Source: Candidatus Paracaedibacteraceae bacterium (GTDB lineage: Bacteria; Pseudomonadota; Alphaproteobacteria; Paracaedibacterales; CAIOTO01). Taken from it: DNA of 64,000 nucleotides. This document shows, in pieces, positions 10,130 through 19,072 of the stretch (position 1 is its first letter; each line of letters opens with the position of its first letter). Where the stretch lies: positions 17,559-81,558 of the forward strand of contig JAUYTZ010000018.1 of the NCBI GenBank assembly GCA_030694965.1. The letters run 5' to 3'. The notes beneath the pieces are model-generated. The model was given only the letters and a program-made list of their open reading frames with translations. It searched no databases and was not told where the DNA came from. A program made the position numbers and the translations under genes.

Positions 10130-10444
10130 TTATTCGTGTTGGCCTTCCAAAGGTTCCTTTAGCGGAATGTCTGGCAGCCTGCTTTTCAAGGCCCCTGTAT
10201 TGTGTGATAAGGTTAGTTCAATCGTTTTTAATTGGTTTTCTACAGAGGATAGTCTAGTTTCCATGCTTTGAACAAAGCTAGTTAACTTCTCTTCTGTTTT
10301 TTGAATTTCAGCTTCCATGAAAATTTGTTTTTTAGAATTATTTTCACTTCCTTTCCATTTTTCAACTAAGATAGGGCCTAGAAAACCACCAAAGATACCC
10401 AAGGCGGTAGGGAAAATAAGGCTTTCTAAATTAAACATAACCAT
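10130..10444 (-). CDS. Small membrane-anchored helical protein (YtxH-like, tentative)
   Basis: 104 aa. It has a Gly-rich N-terminal TM segment, 'ALGIFGGFLGPILVEKWKGSE', and then a charged coiled-coil-like helix. Confidence 0.4.
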   Translation of the reverse strand: MVMFNLESLIFPTALGIFGGFLGPILVEKWKGSENNSKKQIFMEAEIQKTEEKLTSFVQSMETRLSSVENQLKTIELTLSHNTGALKSRLPDIPLKEPLEGQHE

Positions 10445-10512
10445 TATTCCTTTCGTTTTTTGCTTAAGTAAAAAAGCTAAATCTATCTGAAACTATTTTT
10501 TATGTTTAAAAG

Positions 10513-10544
10513 TAAAAAAGGGGAGGAGTGTCCCACTCAACCCC
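10513..10544 (-). terminator. Rho-independent terminator candidate after the 82-aa gene
   Basis: Minus-strand hairpin GGGG-tt-GAGTG-gga-CACTC-ct-CCCC (10520-10544), followed by a run of 6 U (10514-10519). There is also a T-run on the plus strand. Confidence 0.55.
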
Positions 10545-10557
10545 TCTTGTTTTTTAT

Positions 10558-10806
10558 CTAGAAAACATCTTTAATATGCTTTTTTACTTCATGTACTTTA
10601 TCTTTTACCTTATCTTTCAGGTCTTCGACATATTCAGCCACATTGTGTGCCTTATCCTTAATTGTTTCTTTTTGATCTTTAGCCTGATCAGTCACGCCCT
10701 GTGCCTTATCATTAGCTTTGTCTTTTAGATCTTTTGCGTGCTCAGCTGTTGCATGTGCCTGTTTTCTAGCGTTTTTTTCAGCTTCTTCTAATGTGCTTTT
10801 CATCAT
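10558..10806 (-). CDS. LEA-group-3-like 11-mer repeat protein (82 aa)
   Basis: After the first 8 residues the sequence parses into consecutive 11-mers: AEKNARKQAHA / TAEHAKDLKDK / ANDKAQGVTDQ / AKDQKETIKDK / AHNVAEYVEDL / KDKVKDKVHEV. It is highly charged and has no TM segment. Confidence 0.55.
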   Translation of the reverse strand: MMKSTLEEAEKNARKQAHATAEHAKDLKDKANDKAQGVTDQAKDQKETIKDKAHNVAEYVEDLKDKVKDKVHEVKKHIKDVF

Positions 10807-10850
10807 AATTCTCCTTAATTTAAAGTGTGAATAGATTTGTAAAAAAACAT

Positions 10851-11411
10851 TTATCTTGGTTGAATATTTCGACCTACGTAAGAAGGGTTAGCTTTAGCAA
10901 CTAATACAGATTCCATTTCAGCGTCTAAACCATCAACAAGTTTCGTGATCAATACTTTTTTGAGAGTTGCCATTTCTTTATCCGTCATATTTGGTGGCGC
11001 AGAAACATGTTGTTTAATTTTTGCTTCGGCGTACGCATGTCCAACACCATTATTATCAATTATAGATAACATAACATCTAGGCAACCTTCCAATGCTTCA
11101 GGATACTTCACGTTTGGGACTTTTGATATGGAAGCTTGTCTTACTTTTATTTGCGCTACCCCAGAAGGAGCTACGGGGTGCAATCGTTTTCTGCCCCATT
11201 TTTCAAGATCTTGAACTAAAGCTTGAGAAAAAAGAGAATCAGCTTGAAGTGATTTTGAATAAGGATTAAAGTCATATGCGATTACTATATTACTCGCATT
11301 TATAGGGATTTGAGATTTTAATTCGTATTTTGATGCAACTGTATCAACTCTATTTACACAAGCGGATAAACTTAAGCTAAGCGCTAATGCTAAATATTGA
11401 CTTTTTTTCAT
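10851..11411 (-). CDS. Lipoprotein, unknown function
   Basis: Signal peptide with lipobox: 'MKKSQYLALALSLSLSAC'. 186 aa. I recognise no family. Confidence 0.6.
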   Translation of the reverse strand: MKKSQYLALALSLSLSACVNRVDTVASKYELKSQIPINASNIVIAYDFNPYSKSLQADSLFSQALVQDLEKWGRKRLHPVAPSGVAQIKVRQASISKVPNVKYPEALEGCLDVMLSIIDNNGVGHAYAEAKIKQHVSAPPNMTDKEMATLKKVLITKLVDGLDAEMESVLVAKANPSYVGRNIQPR

Positions 11412-11503
11412 GATTTTTTCCTAATAAAATTTTACAAATAAACTTTTAACTTTGTTCTGTTAAAGAATATATTTACGGTTAATGTATGTTGCTAAGTCAT
11501 ACT

Positions 11504-12163
11504 TTATTTTTTGCTAGCTACCCCATCTGATTTGCGCGTTTCAGCGTCTGGTGCATTAGTTCCATTGTCGCATGGCTCATCAGCTGGCGTTTCTTTAAAC
11601 TTATCGTAAGCTGCGACAGCCTTTTTCTTTGTTTTTTTAGCAGCATCTACAATGCTTTCTTTTGCGCTGGCTGCTTTAGCTTTTATGCATTCTTTGCTTT
11701 CAGATGCTGCTTCACCCAACTTAGCTTTTGCTTCAGCTGCGTGATCTTTGCTGGCATCGACAGTGTCAATTTTGCCTATCGCTACATCTACTTTATCAGC
11801 TACTTTTTTTTTGCCTGCATTTACAGCATCCCCAATTTTCTCTTTTGCAAGAGCAGCATTATCTTGCGCCGAGTCTTTAAGGCCCTTTGCTTTGTCAGAA
11901 ATGTTGCTTTTTAACTCATCCCTTTTTGCTAGTGTTTCGTCTTTAACTTTTTCTGCTTTGTTAGAAACTTTGTTTGCTGATTTTTTAGTATTTTCCTTTC
12001 CTACTTCAATAGGGCCCTCAAGCTTTGGCTTTGAGTTTTCTGTATTTATTCCTGTTGGTGATGTTTGGTTTGCATTTACACAGGTAGCCATGAGGCTCAA
12101 GGTAAAAATGCGTATAAGGAAAGATGATTTTTCACTTTTATACTTATAGCTAACTTTGCTCAT
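11504..12163 (-). CDS. Secreted or anchored LEA-like Lys/Ala/Asp-rich repeat protein (219 aa)
   Basis: Hydrophobic N-terminal segment 'FLIRIFTLSLMATC', followed by about 170 aa of 'KAKGLKDSAQDNAALAKEKIGDAVNAGKKKVADKVD..AKAKLGEAA..' amphipathic repeats. Confidence 0.6.
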   Translation of the reverse strand: MSKVSYKYKSEKSSFLIRIFTLSLMATCVNANQTSPTGINTENSKPKLEGPIEVGKENTKKSANKVSNKAEKVKDETLAKRDELKSNISDKAKGLKDSAQDNAALAKEKIGDAVNAGKKKVADKVDVAIGKIDTVDASKDHAAEAKAKLGEAASESKECIKAKAASAKESIVDAAKKTKKKAVAAYDKFKETPADEPCDNGTNAPDAETRKSDGVASKK

Positions 12164-12643
12164 ATAATACTTCCTTTCAAAGAAGTCTATTTGTAAGTAC
12201 AGACTATTTTTGGTTTAATTGGTGCCAACGAGGTCATTATGCTCTCCCTAAAATATAGCTGTCAATGCCTTATAACATTTTTTTTCCCCTAGATGTTTTT
12301 AACCATCAAAAGTCCTTATTTTATCACGGTTTATTAACGTTGAAAAAACAAATAAATTTCAGTTTGCTTAATTAAAGATTAACCTTTTGATGTGCATTTT
12401 CTTATTTTTGATGCTAAGGAGTTTGGAACTAAATGAAAACTTTAGACTAAGCAATTGCGCATATGCTCGGTTTTTTAAATCAGATTTACTTTAGCCGTTT
12501 ATATTTAAAATAAGTATATTATCGTCATGGCACACGTTACTATCGTTTCTTGCAATAACGGCGTTTCATATTCATTTTATGGGTATGCGACCTAGCTGTA
12601 ACTTAATCCTTTAGCCAAGGTCTTTCAGTGTTGATTGTTTATT

Positions 12644-12820
12644 GGATTCCCATATTGGTGGGAATGACAAAGCGGGGGATCGGGAAGATAGAGGAGAAGA
12701 GCACGAATGGTGAGGCGAGGTGCCTTGCATGATGAGGCGAGGACTCGTAATGACAAATATCATATCTGAGAATGATAAAGCTTATGTATCAGTATGACAG
12801 GTGATGAGCCAGTAATTAAC
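12644..12820 (+). repeat. GGAT-hairpin-TGAC module plus a degenerate ~21-22 bp tandem array
   Basis: Hairpin attccca/tgggaat (12646-12665) is flanked by gg...gac. ATGA(C/T/G)-type anchors then fall at 12664, 12686 (degenerate), 12707, 12729, 12750, 12772 and 12794, a spacing of 21-22 bp. The array includes the direct repeat (g/a)tgaggcgagg at 12709 and 12731. Confidence 0.6.
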
Positions 12821-12914
12821 AGTTATACTTTCAACATTCGTACAGTAGCAGTTTAACCTCAAGCGTGATAAAAAGTGAGAGGCAGCATCACGCTCAGGGT
12901 TTTATACACTCAGC

Positions 12915-13595
12915 TTAATCTTTTTTATTCACTGTCATATTTGTTGCTTTTTTTCGTTGCTGCTCACGGTATGCTTGGCGTTTTTGTGCTTGTACTTGAA
13001 TGGCTGCGCTAATAATTGTGTGACGTTGATCTGCATATTCTTTTTGCTTATCTTCGACAACGCCTATCTCTTCACCATTTAAGTTATAGCGTTTTTCGTT
13101 TTCAAGAATTGCTTTTTGGTAGTAAACGCTGCCTGTGTACAAAGAGATTGCATCACGAATAGATTTTTTGGATGGCGCGTCTTCTGGTCGTGCGTCAAAT
13201 ATATCTTGCAGTATACCAATCTTAAGCGGCAACTTTGATTCTTTTTTAAATAGAGCTGGAAATGTTGCATAGAGCCATTGAAGGGCAGCAATAACGCGTT
13301 CATTTTTATTAAGTGGGATGGATTTTGCATTTTTATGTGCTGTTTGTTTTTCCTGAACTGCAGTTGCTGTTTCTTGAGTAGCTGACGCTGTCCCCATGTC
13401 ATTGCGTTTTGGTGCATTTGTTAGATTTGGTTTTGCTTTAATTTTGAATGTTTTCTTTGTTGGAATAGAATTTTGTTTTATCTCTACATGAGACGTCTTC
13501 ATTGCTTTTGGTTCTTCTACTCTTTGGCCGTCTTCGAATGCTGCTTTTAACTTAAGCAGTTGTTCTGAAATTGTTTGTGGGGGCAATGTAGACAT
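12915..13595 (-). CDS. ProQ/FinO-domain RNA-binding protein
   Basis: 'VIAALQWLYATFPALF...LPLKIGILQDIF......SIRDAISLYTGSVYYQKAI..NEKRYNLNGEEIG' matches the FinO-domain core of E. coli ProQ ('FPHCF..PLKIGIFQDL...LRSALRLYTSSWRYL...RVDLDG'). An N-terminal extension of about 95 aa precedes it. Confidence 0.8.
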   Translation of the reverse strand: MSTLPPQTISEQLLKLKAAFEDGQRVEEPKAMKTSHVEIKQNSIPTKKTFKIKAKPNLTNAPKRNDMGTASATQETATAVQEKQTAHKNAKSIPLNKNERVIAALQWLYATFPALFKKESKLPLKIGILQDIFDARPEDAPSKKSIRDAISLYTGSVYYQKAILENEKRYNLNGEEIGVVEDKQKEYADQRHTIISAAIQVQAQKRQAYREQQRKKATNMTVNKKD

Positions 13596-13940
13596 GATGT
13601 CCTCGTATTGAAATTGTTTTAAAATTAACTAGATTATGTTGATAATATTGTGTTTTACCTAAGATGGCTAGCATTATAACAGTATGATTACTAAGATATT
13701 AAAAAAGCCTGAATAGCTGTCAAAAAATTGTTATTTATTTGTAAAACATCTTAAAGGCAATGTCAAACGACGTACATTGTATTTTTATAAAGAACATGTC
13801 TATAGTGTTTAATTGTAACTATGTTTTTTTAATTTTAATTTTATTATTCTATTGTTTGATTTCTGAAATTGGAGATTTACAAACTCTATTTAAATAGATT
13901 ATGATCATTTACATCTTCTTTTATAAAAAAAATAACTATT

Positions 13941-14576
13941 ATGACTGTTTTTACCCGCCGTGGTCTTATGCTTGTTTTATCTTCTCCTTCTGGGGCTGGA
14001 AAGACGACAATAGTAAATGATTTGCTTAATAGTGAACGTCGCCTTAAAACTTCTGTTTCTGTCACCACTCGTCCTAAGCGTTTAAGTGAAATTGACGGAC
14101 GTGATTATTATTTTGTATCTCCTGAAGAATTTAATAGGCGTATTGAAGCGGGTGATTTTTTTGAACATGCCGAAGTTTTTGGTAATATGTATGGAACCCC
14201 GCGTCAGTTTGTAATGGATAGCTTAACAGATGGAGATGACGTTGTTTTTGATATTGATTGGCAAGGGACTCAACAAATAAGTCAGTCTGCGCGCGATGAT
14301 CTTGTCACCATTTTTATATTGCCGCCTTCTTTGGAAGAGCTTGAGCTTCGCCTCCGTGGACGAAATCAGGATTCAGAAGATATTATTCGCTCACGCATGC
14401 AGGAAGCCAGTGCTGAACTTAGTCATTGGGCTGAATATAATTATATTGTTGTTAACTATGATTTGCACGAGTCTGTGAAAATAGTGAAATCCATTTTGGA
14501 GGCTGAACGCTATCGTCGAAAACGTCAGGTGGGGCTTGCTTCTTTTGTAAATAATATGCGAATTTTACCGCATTAA
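13941..14576 (+). CDS. gmk: Guanylate kinase
   Basis: 'LVLSSPSGAGKTT', 'TTRPKR..E.DG.DYYFVS' and 'FDIDWQG'. Confidence 0.95.
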   Translation: MTVFTRRGLMLVLSSPSGAGKTTIVNDLLNSERRLKTSVSVTTRPKRLSEIDGRDYYFVSPEEFNRRIEAGDFFEHAEVFGNMYGTPRQFVMDSLTDGDDVVFDIDWQGTQQISQSARDDLVTIFILPPSLEELELRLRGRNQDSEDIIRSRMQEASAELSHWAEYNYIVVNYDLHESVKIVKSILEAERYRRKRQVGLASFVNNMRILPH

Positions 14577-14653
14577 GCGAAAGATACATTGCAAAGCTAA
14601 GGAATATTGGTGCTAATATAGATGCATCGCATCATGCCACTTAAAGGAACATT

Positions 14654-15139
14654 ATGTCAGATCTAGATCATTATAAGCCGCTTAAATTCCTTGCTGAGGA
14701 TATAGAGCATTTAATTCATTGTTCTACGCATTTGCAAGATGGTTTGATGCCTGTAACTTCAATGACGTTTGATCCAGAAAAGCAGTCGTTTAGCTGTTTG
14801 ATTAATCGTTTTTGCTGGGAAATGACCGAACATTTTGATCACCATGAACGTTACTTTCGTGTACACAGTGGTTTGACATTTCAAAATGTGCAGAATGTTT
14901 TTAAACGAAATTTTCATCAAAAACACCCTGTGCGTGTTTTAAATTTACTAATGATATCTGCCAAAAAAGAAAACGATTTATATTCTATTCGAATGTTATT
15001 TTCAGGTGATATGGAAATTGATTTGCAAGCGTCTGCAATTCATTGCACCATTAAAGATTTTCAGCATCCTTGGCCCACAGAAAAGCGCCCCATTCACTGG
15101 CATGAACATGTGGAAGAACATGCTGCGAACGGGCGGTAA
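14654..15139 (+). CDS. DUF2948-family protein (alphaproteobacterial conserved hypothetical)
   Basis: 'LKFLAEDIEHLIHCSTHLQDGL..VTSMTFDPEKQSFSCLINRFCWE' follows the DUF2948 pattern (L.L.A.D.EDL.V.SA.LQDA...RF....NRF.WE). Confidence 0.65.
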   Translation: MSDLDHYKPLKFLAEDIEHLIHCSTHLQDGLMPVTSMTFDPEKQSFSCLINRFCWEMTEHFDHHERYFRVHSGLTFQNVQNVFKRNFHQKHPVRVLNLLMISAKKENDLYSIRMLFSGDMEIDLQASAIHCTIKDFQHPWPTEKRPIHWHEHVEEHAANGR

Positions 15140-15350
15140 ACAAGTAAGGGTTTTCCTGTAATCTTTTTAGAGTACGTCTTCGCAAGGAGAGGGCTTAAAT
15201 TTAAATTATTAAAATAATTTCATAATGTTCAAATATTGGTAGGTCACGCATTAAAAATGCTAGCAATAATAGGCGGCGCTAGTAAAAGATGTCTGGGTTG
15301 AGACCTATTACTGCACAAACGTAATAAAAGCTCTGTTTAGTCATTATACT

Positions 15351-15381
15351 GGATCCCCGCTTTCGCGAGGGTGACAGTCAG
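15351..15381 (+). repeat. Copy of the GGAT-hairpin-GTGAC module
   Basis: ggat-ccccgc-tttc-gcgaggg-tgacag. The stem is 6 bp with one bulge. The flanks are the same as at 12644, 27477 and 56689. Confidence 0.55.
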
Positions 15382-15434
15382 GGTCGTAACGCTCGTGCAT
15401 TACCCCCGGACGTTTCATAAAGGCACTGTATAGG

Positions 15435-17567
15435 TTATTTTTTAGTAATAATTCCTTTTTTTGTCAAATAATAAAGAATTAATTTATGATTAATTATAGC
15501 ATACTTATTTGTTGTTTGGTCTCTTTTAATATAAGTGCCAAGTTCAAGTAATCTTTGCTTTCTACTAACTGAATTGTCAGTAGGCATCAAATATTCTTTT
15601 GCGCCTTCAATTTCTTCAGAAGTCACGTCATTTAGGGGTATCTGGAATATTTCTGCAGCATATGATTTCATCACTATATTGTTTTTCATTATATCAGCAA
15701 ATATATTAGCAAATATACTGTCATTAATGTCTGTTTTTTGGCAAAAATCTAGAACAAACTCAGTGGGAAAAGATGTACTTAATGGCTGTATATTTGTAGC
15801 TGGATGGTTAAGTGCGTTCCATAGCGCTATGAATATAGACTTTGGTGTGTATCCATCATAGGACTTTCTCTCTTCAGCCGATGGGTAATTAGAATTTCCT
15901 ACTTTTCCATTAAAGAATCGGTGTAAAAATGTATCTTCGTTTATTGAGCCAGGTTTAGTTGTATGATGGCCAACCCCGCCATATTGTGCTGCAGATGTGC
16001 TTGAAATAGCTATTCTTCCTGCCATTTCACGTCGATAATTTGTTTTTGTAGCGCCTGGCTCATTGTCATCTTCAAAATTTGAAACGGTTAAAAATACTGA
16101 TTCTCTTAAGTTTAAAAGCAAAAATTGCACTTTTGAATCAGCGTTATCTGCTTGTGCTGTAAGGTCATCTTGAAATGCAGCGTCTCTTTGTGATTTACCA
16201 TAAATAAGGTTAGCTGCATCTCTGAGGCCATCATTGCAATGCGTACCTGCTGATGCAATGCTGTGTATAAACATCTTCATAAAGTCTTGATAAACTGTAG
16301 GACGATCATCTTTGATTTTTTGTATTTCAACAAGTGACCTACCGATACTGTACGCGTTATCAATTATCATGGCATTATTGTTGATTGTGTCGTTTCTATT
16401 TGCTGTTTCAATTCGATCTAAGTAAAATTTAATCTTATTGAAAGCAATTGTAAGGCCTCTTTTTGGCTCGTGTATGAGTCGTGTTGGCTCTTCTGCCTCA
16501 TTTCTTGGCCCGGAAAGATCAAGCAACATGCTTTCAGGTAAGGCGAGTATGTCTGCTTTGTGTATTGATGTGGAAGATGAACTTGTTGGTGCGGCCAATG
16601 AAAGGATATGTGGAGGTATAGGGAGGCCAGGGTACATTCCTCTGTATAATACTATTTCGGAATTTTCTTGGGGTTGGTGCGAGTTCTGCCTGCAAAGTGC
16701 CTTGTACCGTGTTTCACATTGACTTTCTTTATCTACTTTATGATCAAATATCCACAGCACGCGATCAAGTTCTTTTTTGATTTCCCCGAGATGGTCATGT
16801 ATCCATTGATTTTTTCGTTCAAGCTTTTGCTCGTTTGTAAGCCCCACATAGTGATTTGGCATCCTGCGATTCGTTTGATAGTAGGTGTTTAAGGTATTTA
16901 TAAAATTATTTGCTGCATTTTTATCATTTCTAAACGATAAATGAAAAGCAAATGGTTTTGTCCTATCGTATGTTATATAATCTGGCTGAACCCGCATTGT
17001 TAAAGGGGTGCTGCTTGGTGATTGAGATTGAGGAGTGTTTTGAGTTGAGCTTGTAGTGGGGGAGGGAGCCGTTGCTGTTTGAGGTCTTGGCGGAGTGAAA
17101 GCCGTTGTTGCTAAGCGCTCTATCTCTGCTGCATCTTCTGCTTCTAGTTGTTGCAAGATTAAATTAAGCTGCGCTTGTTCATCTTGCTGGTAGGCACTTA
17201 CAACGTCTTTAAGATGCATATAAAAGTCGTAATTTATAAGCTCATTAATAATCGTGCTTGCATATATTATCGATTCCTCGCTGGGCTCTGATGCAGCTTG
17301 TTCTACAGCTTTGACTACGTTTTCTTTAATATGCAAGAACTCATAAAGCGAATTATAATGATCTTCTGATTGATTTGAGTCATGCAAATAGCGATTATAT
17401 TTTTCTATGTTTTCATTAACAATCCCTATTTCACTGAATAAAGCACTAACTGGGTCGATCTCGTAATCATCTTCTTTAGATTCTGTAGCCGCAAGCGCTG
17501 TAGATGTAAGGCATGGCATTGACGCAAAGCCTGTTGAAAGTGCTAATAGTATTAATATATTTTTCAT
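15435..17567 (-). CDS. Large secreted protein, unknown function (710 aa)
   Basis: Signal peptide 'MKNILILLALSTGFASMPCLTSTALAATE'. A Pro/Ser/Thr/Gln-rich linker 'PPRPQTATAPSPTTSSTQNTPQSQSPSSTP' is present. I recognise no domain. Confidence 0.7.
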   Translation of the reverse strand: MKNILILLALSTGFASMPCLTSTALAATESKEDDYEIDPVSALFSEIGIVNENIEKYNRYLHDSNQSEDHYNSLYEFLHIKENVVKAVEQAASEPSEESIIYASTIINELINYDFYMHLKDVVSAYQQDEQAQLNLILQQLEAEDAAEIERLATTAFTPPRPQTATAPSPTTSSTQNTPQSQSPSSTPLTMRVQPDYITYDRTKPFAFHLSFRNDKNAANNFINTLNTYYQTNRRMPNHYVGLTNEQKLERKNQWIHDHLGEIKKELDRVLWIFDHKVDKESQCETRYKALCRQNSHQPQENSEIVLYRGMYPGLPIPPHILSLAAPTSSSSTSIHKADILALPESMLLDLSGPRNEAEEPTRLIHEPKRGLTIAFNKIKFYLDRIETANRNDTINNNAMIIDNAYSIGRSLVEIQKIKDDRPTVYQDFMKMFIHSIASAGTHCNDGLRDAANLIYGKSQRDAAFQDDLTAQADNADSKVQFLLLNLRESVFLTVSNFEDDNEPGATKTNYRREMAGRIAISSTSAAQYGGVGHHTTKPGSINEDTFLHRFFNGKVGNSNYPSAEERKSYDGYTPKSIFIALWNALNHPATNIQPLSTSFPTEFVLDFCQKTDINDSIFANIFADIMKNNIVMKSYAAEIFQIPLNDVTSEEIEGAKEYLMPTDNSVSRKQRLLELGTYIKRDQTTNKYAIINHKLILYYLTKKGIITKK

Positions 17568-17602
17568 TTTTTTTCTCTTTTATAAAATGTAAGTTTTTAT
17601 TG

Positions 17603-18022
17603 CTAGCTTACTAACGAATTCTTTTTTAGCCAATCATTAAGTCGTTGAACTTTTAATTGTATTTCACCTTTTGTATGATGAATTGCAGTACCGACTCCCC
17701 AAACTGGCCCAGGCCACGCGGCATCGTTTTGCATGCGGCCTATTACATGAATGTGAAGTTGGGGCACAATATTACCAAGGGCGCCTACATTCACCTTGTG
17801 AATCTGAAGCTCTTCCTTTAAATAGTGTGAGATGTGCGTGATTTCAAGTATAATTTTATTTTGATCATTTTTTGTTAGTTCAAAAAGCTCGGTTACGTTA
17901 TTTACTTTGGGTACTAAAATAAACCAAGGAAATCGTACATCATCTTGAATTAATACTCTGCACAAAGGTAGATCATATGCAAACATGGTATTTTTTAGCA
18001 ACCTGTCATCTACACAGAACAT
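17603..18022 (-). CDS. HIT-family (histidine triad) protein
   Basis: 139 aa with the histidine triad 'PQLHIHVIGR'. Confidence 0.85.
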   Translation of the reverse strand: MFCVDDRLLKNTMFAYDLPLCRVLIQDDVRFPWFILVPKVNNVTELFELTKNDQNKIILEITHISHYLKEELQIHKVNVGALGNIVPQLHIHVIGRMQNDAAWPGPVWGVGTAIHHTKGEIQLKVQRLNDWLKKNSLVS

Positions 18023-18286
18023 TATTCAATCCTATTTTATTTAAATCATGGGAATTGTATCATTTTAAAAATATATTTGCATTAATTAAAAATAGGTTTA
18101 TTTTTATTCTAATTTTAGTGGTTACATGTTTGAAAAAAAATGTTGTAAAAAAATATAAATTAATGTTTAATATAAGTAGTTCTTGGATGAAATGTAAGTG
18201 GCAATTGCCCCTAATTTCTCCATACCATCCTTAATATAGGATGATTTTGACATGCCCCAAACTTTTAACCTAAGTGAATTATTGCA

Positions 18287-19072
18287 GTGATGATTAAACG
18301 TAATCGCCCACGTCCCAATGGTGGTGTGCGCCCAAACAACCGTCCACACCAAAATGGACACCAGAATGGTTATTCCAATTCAAAAAATGATGATAACAAT
18401 GAGCTGCGTTTAAAAAATCGCGGTTATTATCAGCAAATGTATGATAAGTACTTGATGGCTGCTCGTGAATCCCTTAGCCTTGGTGAGCGAATTGAAGCCG
18501 AAGGTCATTTTCAACATGCAGAACATTATTTGCGTCAGTTGAACGATCGTATTCGTTATGATAATGAAGTTCAGCAGCAACAACAGCAGCGTTTGCAAGC
18601 TCAGCAAGCTCAGCAGGCGCAAAAAACGCAACAACATGCACAGCATTATCAGGCAGCTGATGAACAAAATGGCGAGCAATCTGAATCAAATGTTGTTCAA
18701 AATGAACAACGCGTGCAGCATGAACCTCGTGCTCCTCGCAGGAAAGAGCCGCGCATTCAACAAGAGCCACGCACACATAAAGAACCACGTGTTCAACACC
18801 AACCACGAAAACCGCAAGTTTCAGTGGAAGTGAAAAATGAGCATGAATTAGGTGCGCCTGATGCTCATGTATTGAATGCTAACATATTGGATGCAAGTGT
18901 TTCAGATGCTTCTGTTGATTCAGCTAATGTGCTTTCAGTAGAAACTCATAGCGCTGAGCCCCAAAAAGAAAAACGTGTCTACCGCAAACGTGTTTTGCGC
19001 ACACCGCATAGACGGTTCAATGGCGCCGACGGTTCTGCAGAGACACCTGTAAATGATATTCCTTCATCATGA
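18287..19072 (+). CDS. DUF4167-domain protein
   Basis: 'QQMYDKYLMAARESLSLGERIEAEGHFQHAEHYLR' matches the DUF4167 core. The protein has a basic N-terminus and Q-rich and 'EPR' repeats. It overlaps the start of era (ATGA). Confidence 0.75.
   Translation: MMIKRNRPRPNGGVRPNNRPHQNGHQNGYSNSKNDDNNELRLKNRGYYQQMYDKYLMAARESLSLGERIEAEGHFQHAEHYLRQLNDRIRYDNEVQQQQQQRLQAQQAQQAQKTQQHAQHYQAADEQNGEQSESNVVQNEQRVQHEPRAPRRKEPRIQQEPRTHKEPRVQHQPRKPQVSVEVKNEHELGAPDAHVLNANILDASVSDASVDSANVLSVETHSAEPQKEKRVYRKRVLRTPHRRFNGADGSAETPVNDIPSS

Noticed and set aside
11748-12149. 133-aa plus-strand ORF antisense to the LEA-like gene, and 10528..10728 antisense to the 82-aa gene
   Set aside because: These are mirror frames of a Lys/Ala repeat. 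They give Phe/Ser/Leu-rich nonsense, have no RBS, and the sense genes have signal sequences and sensible periodicity.
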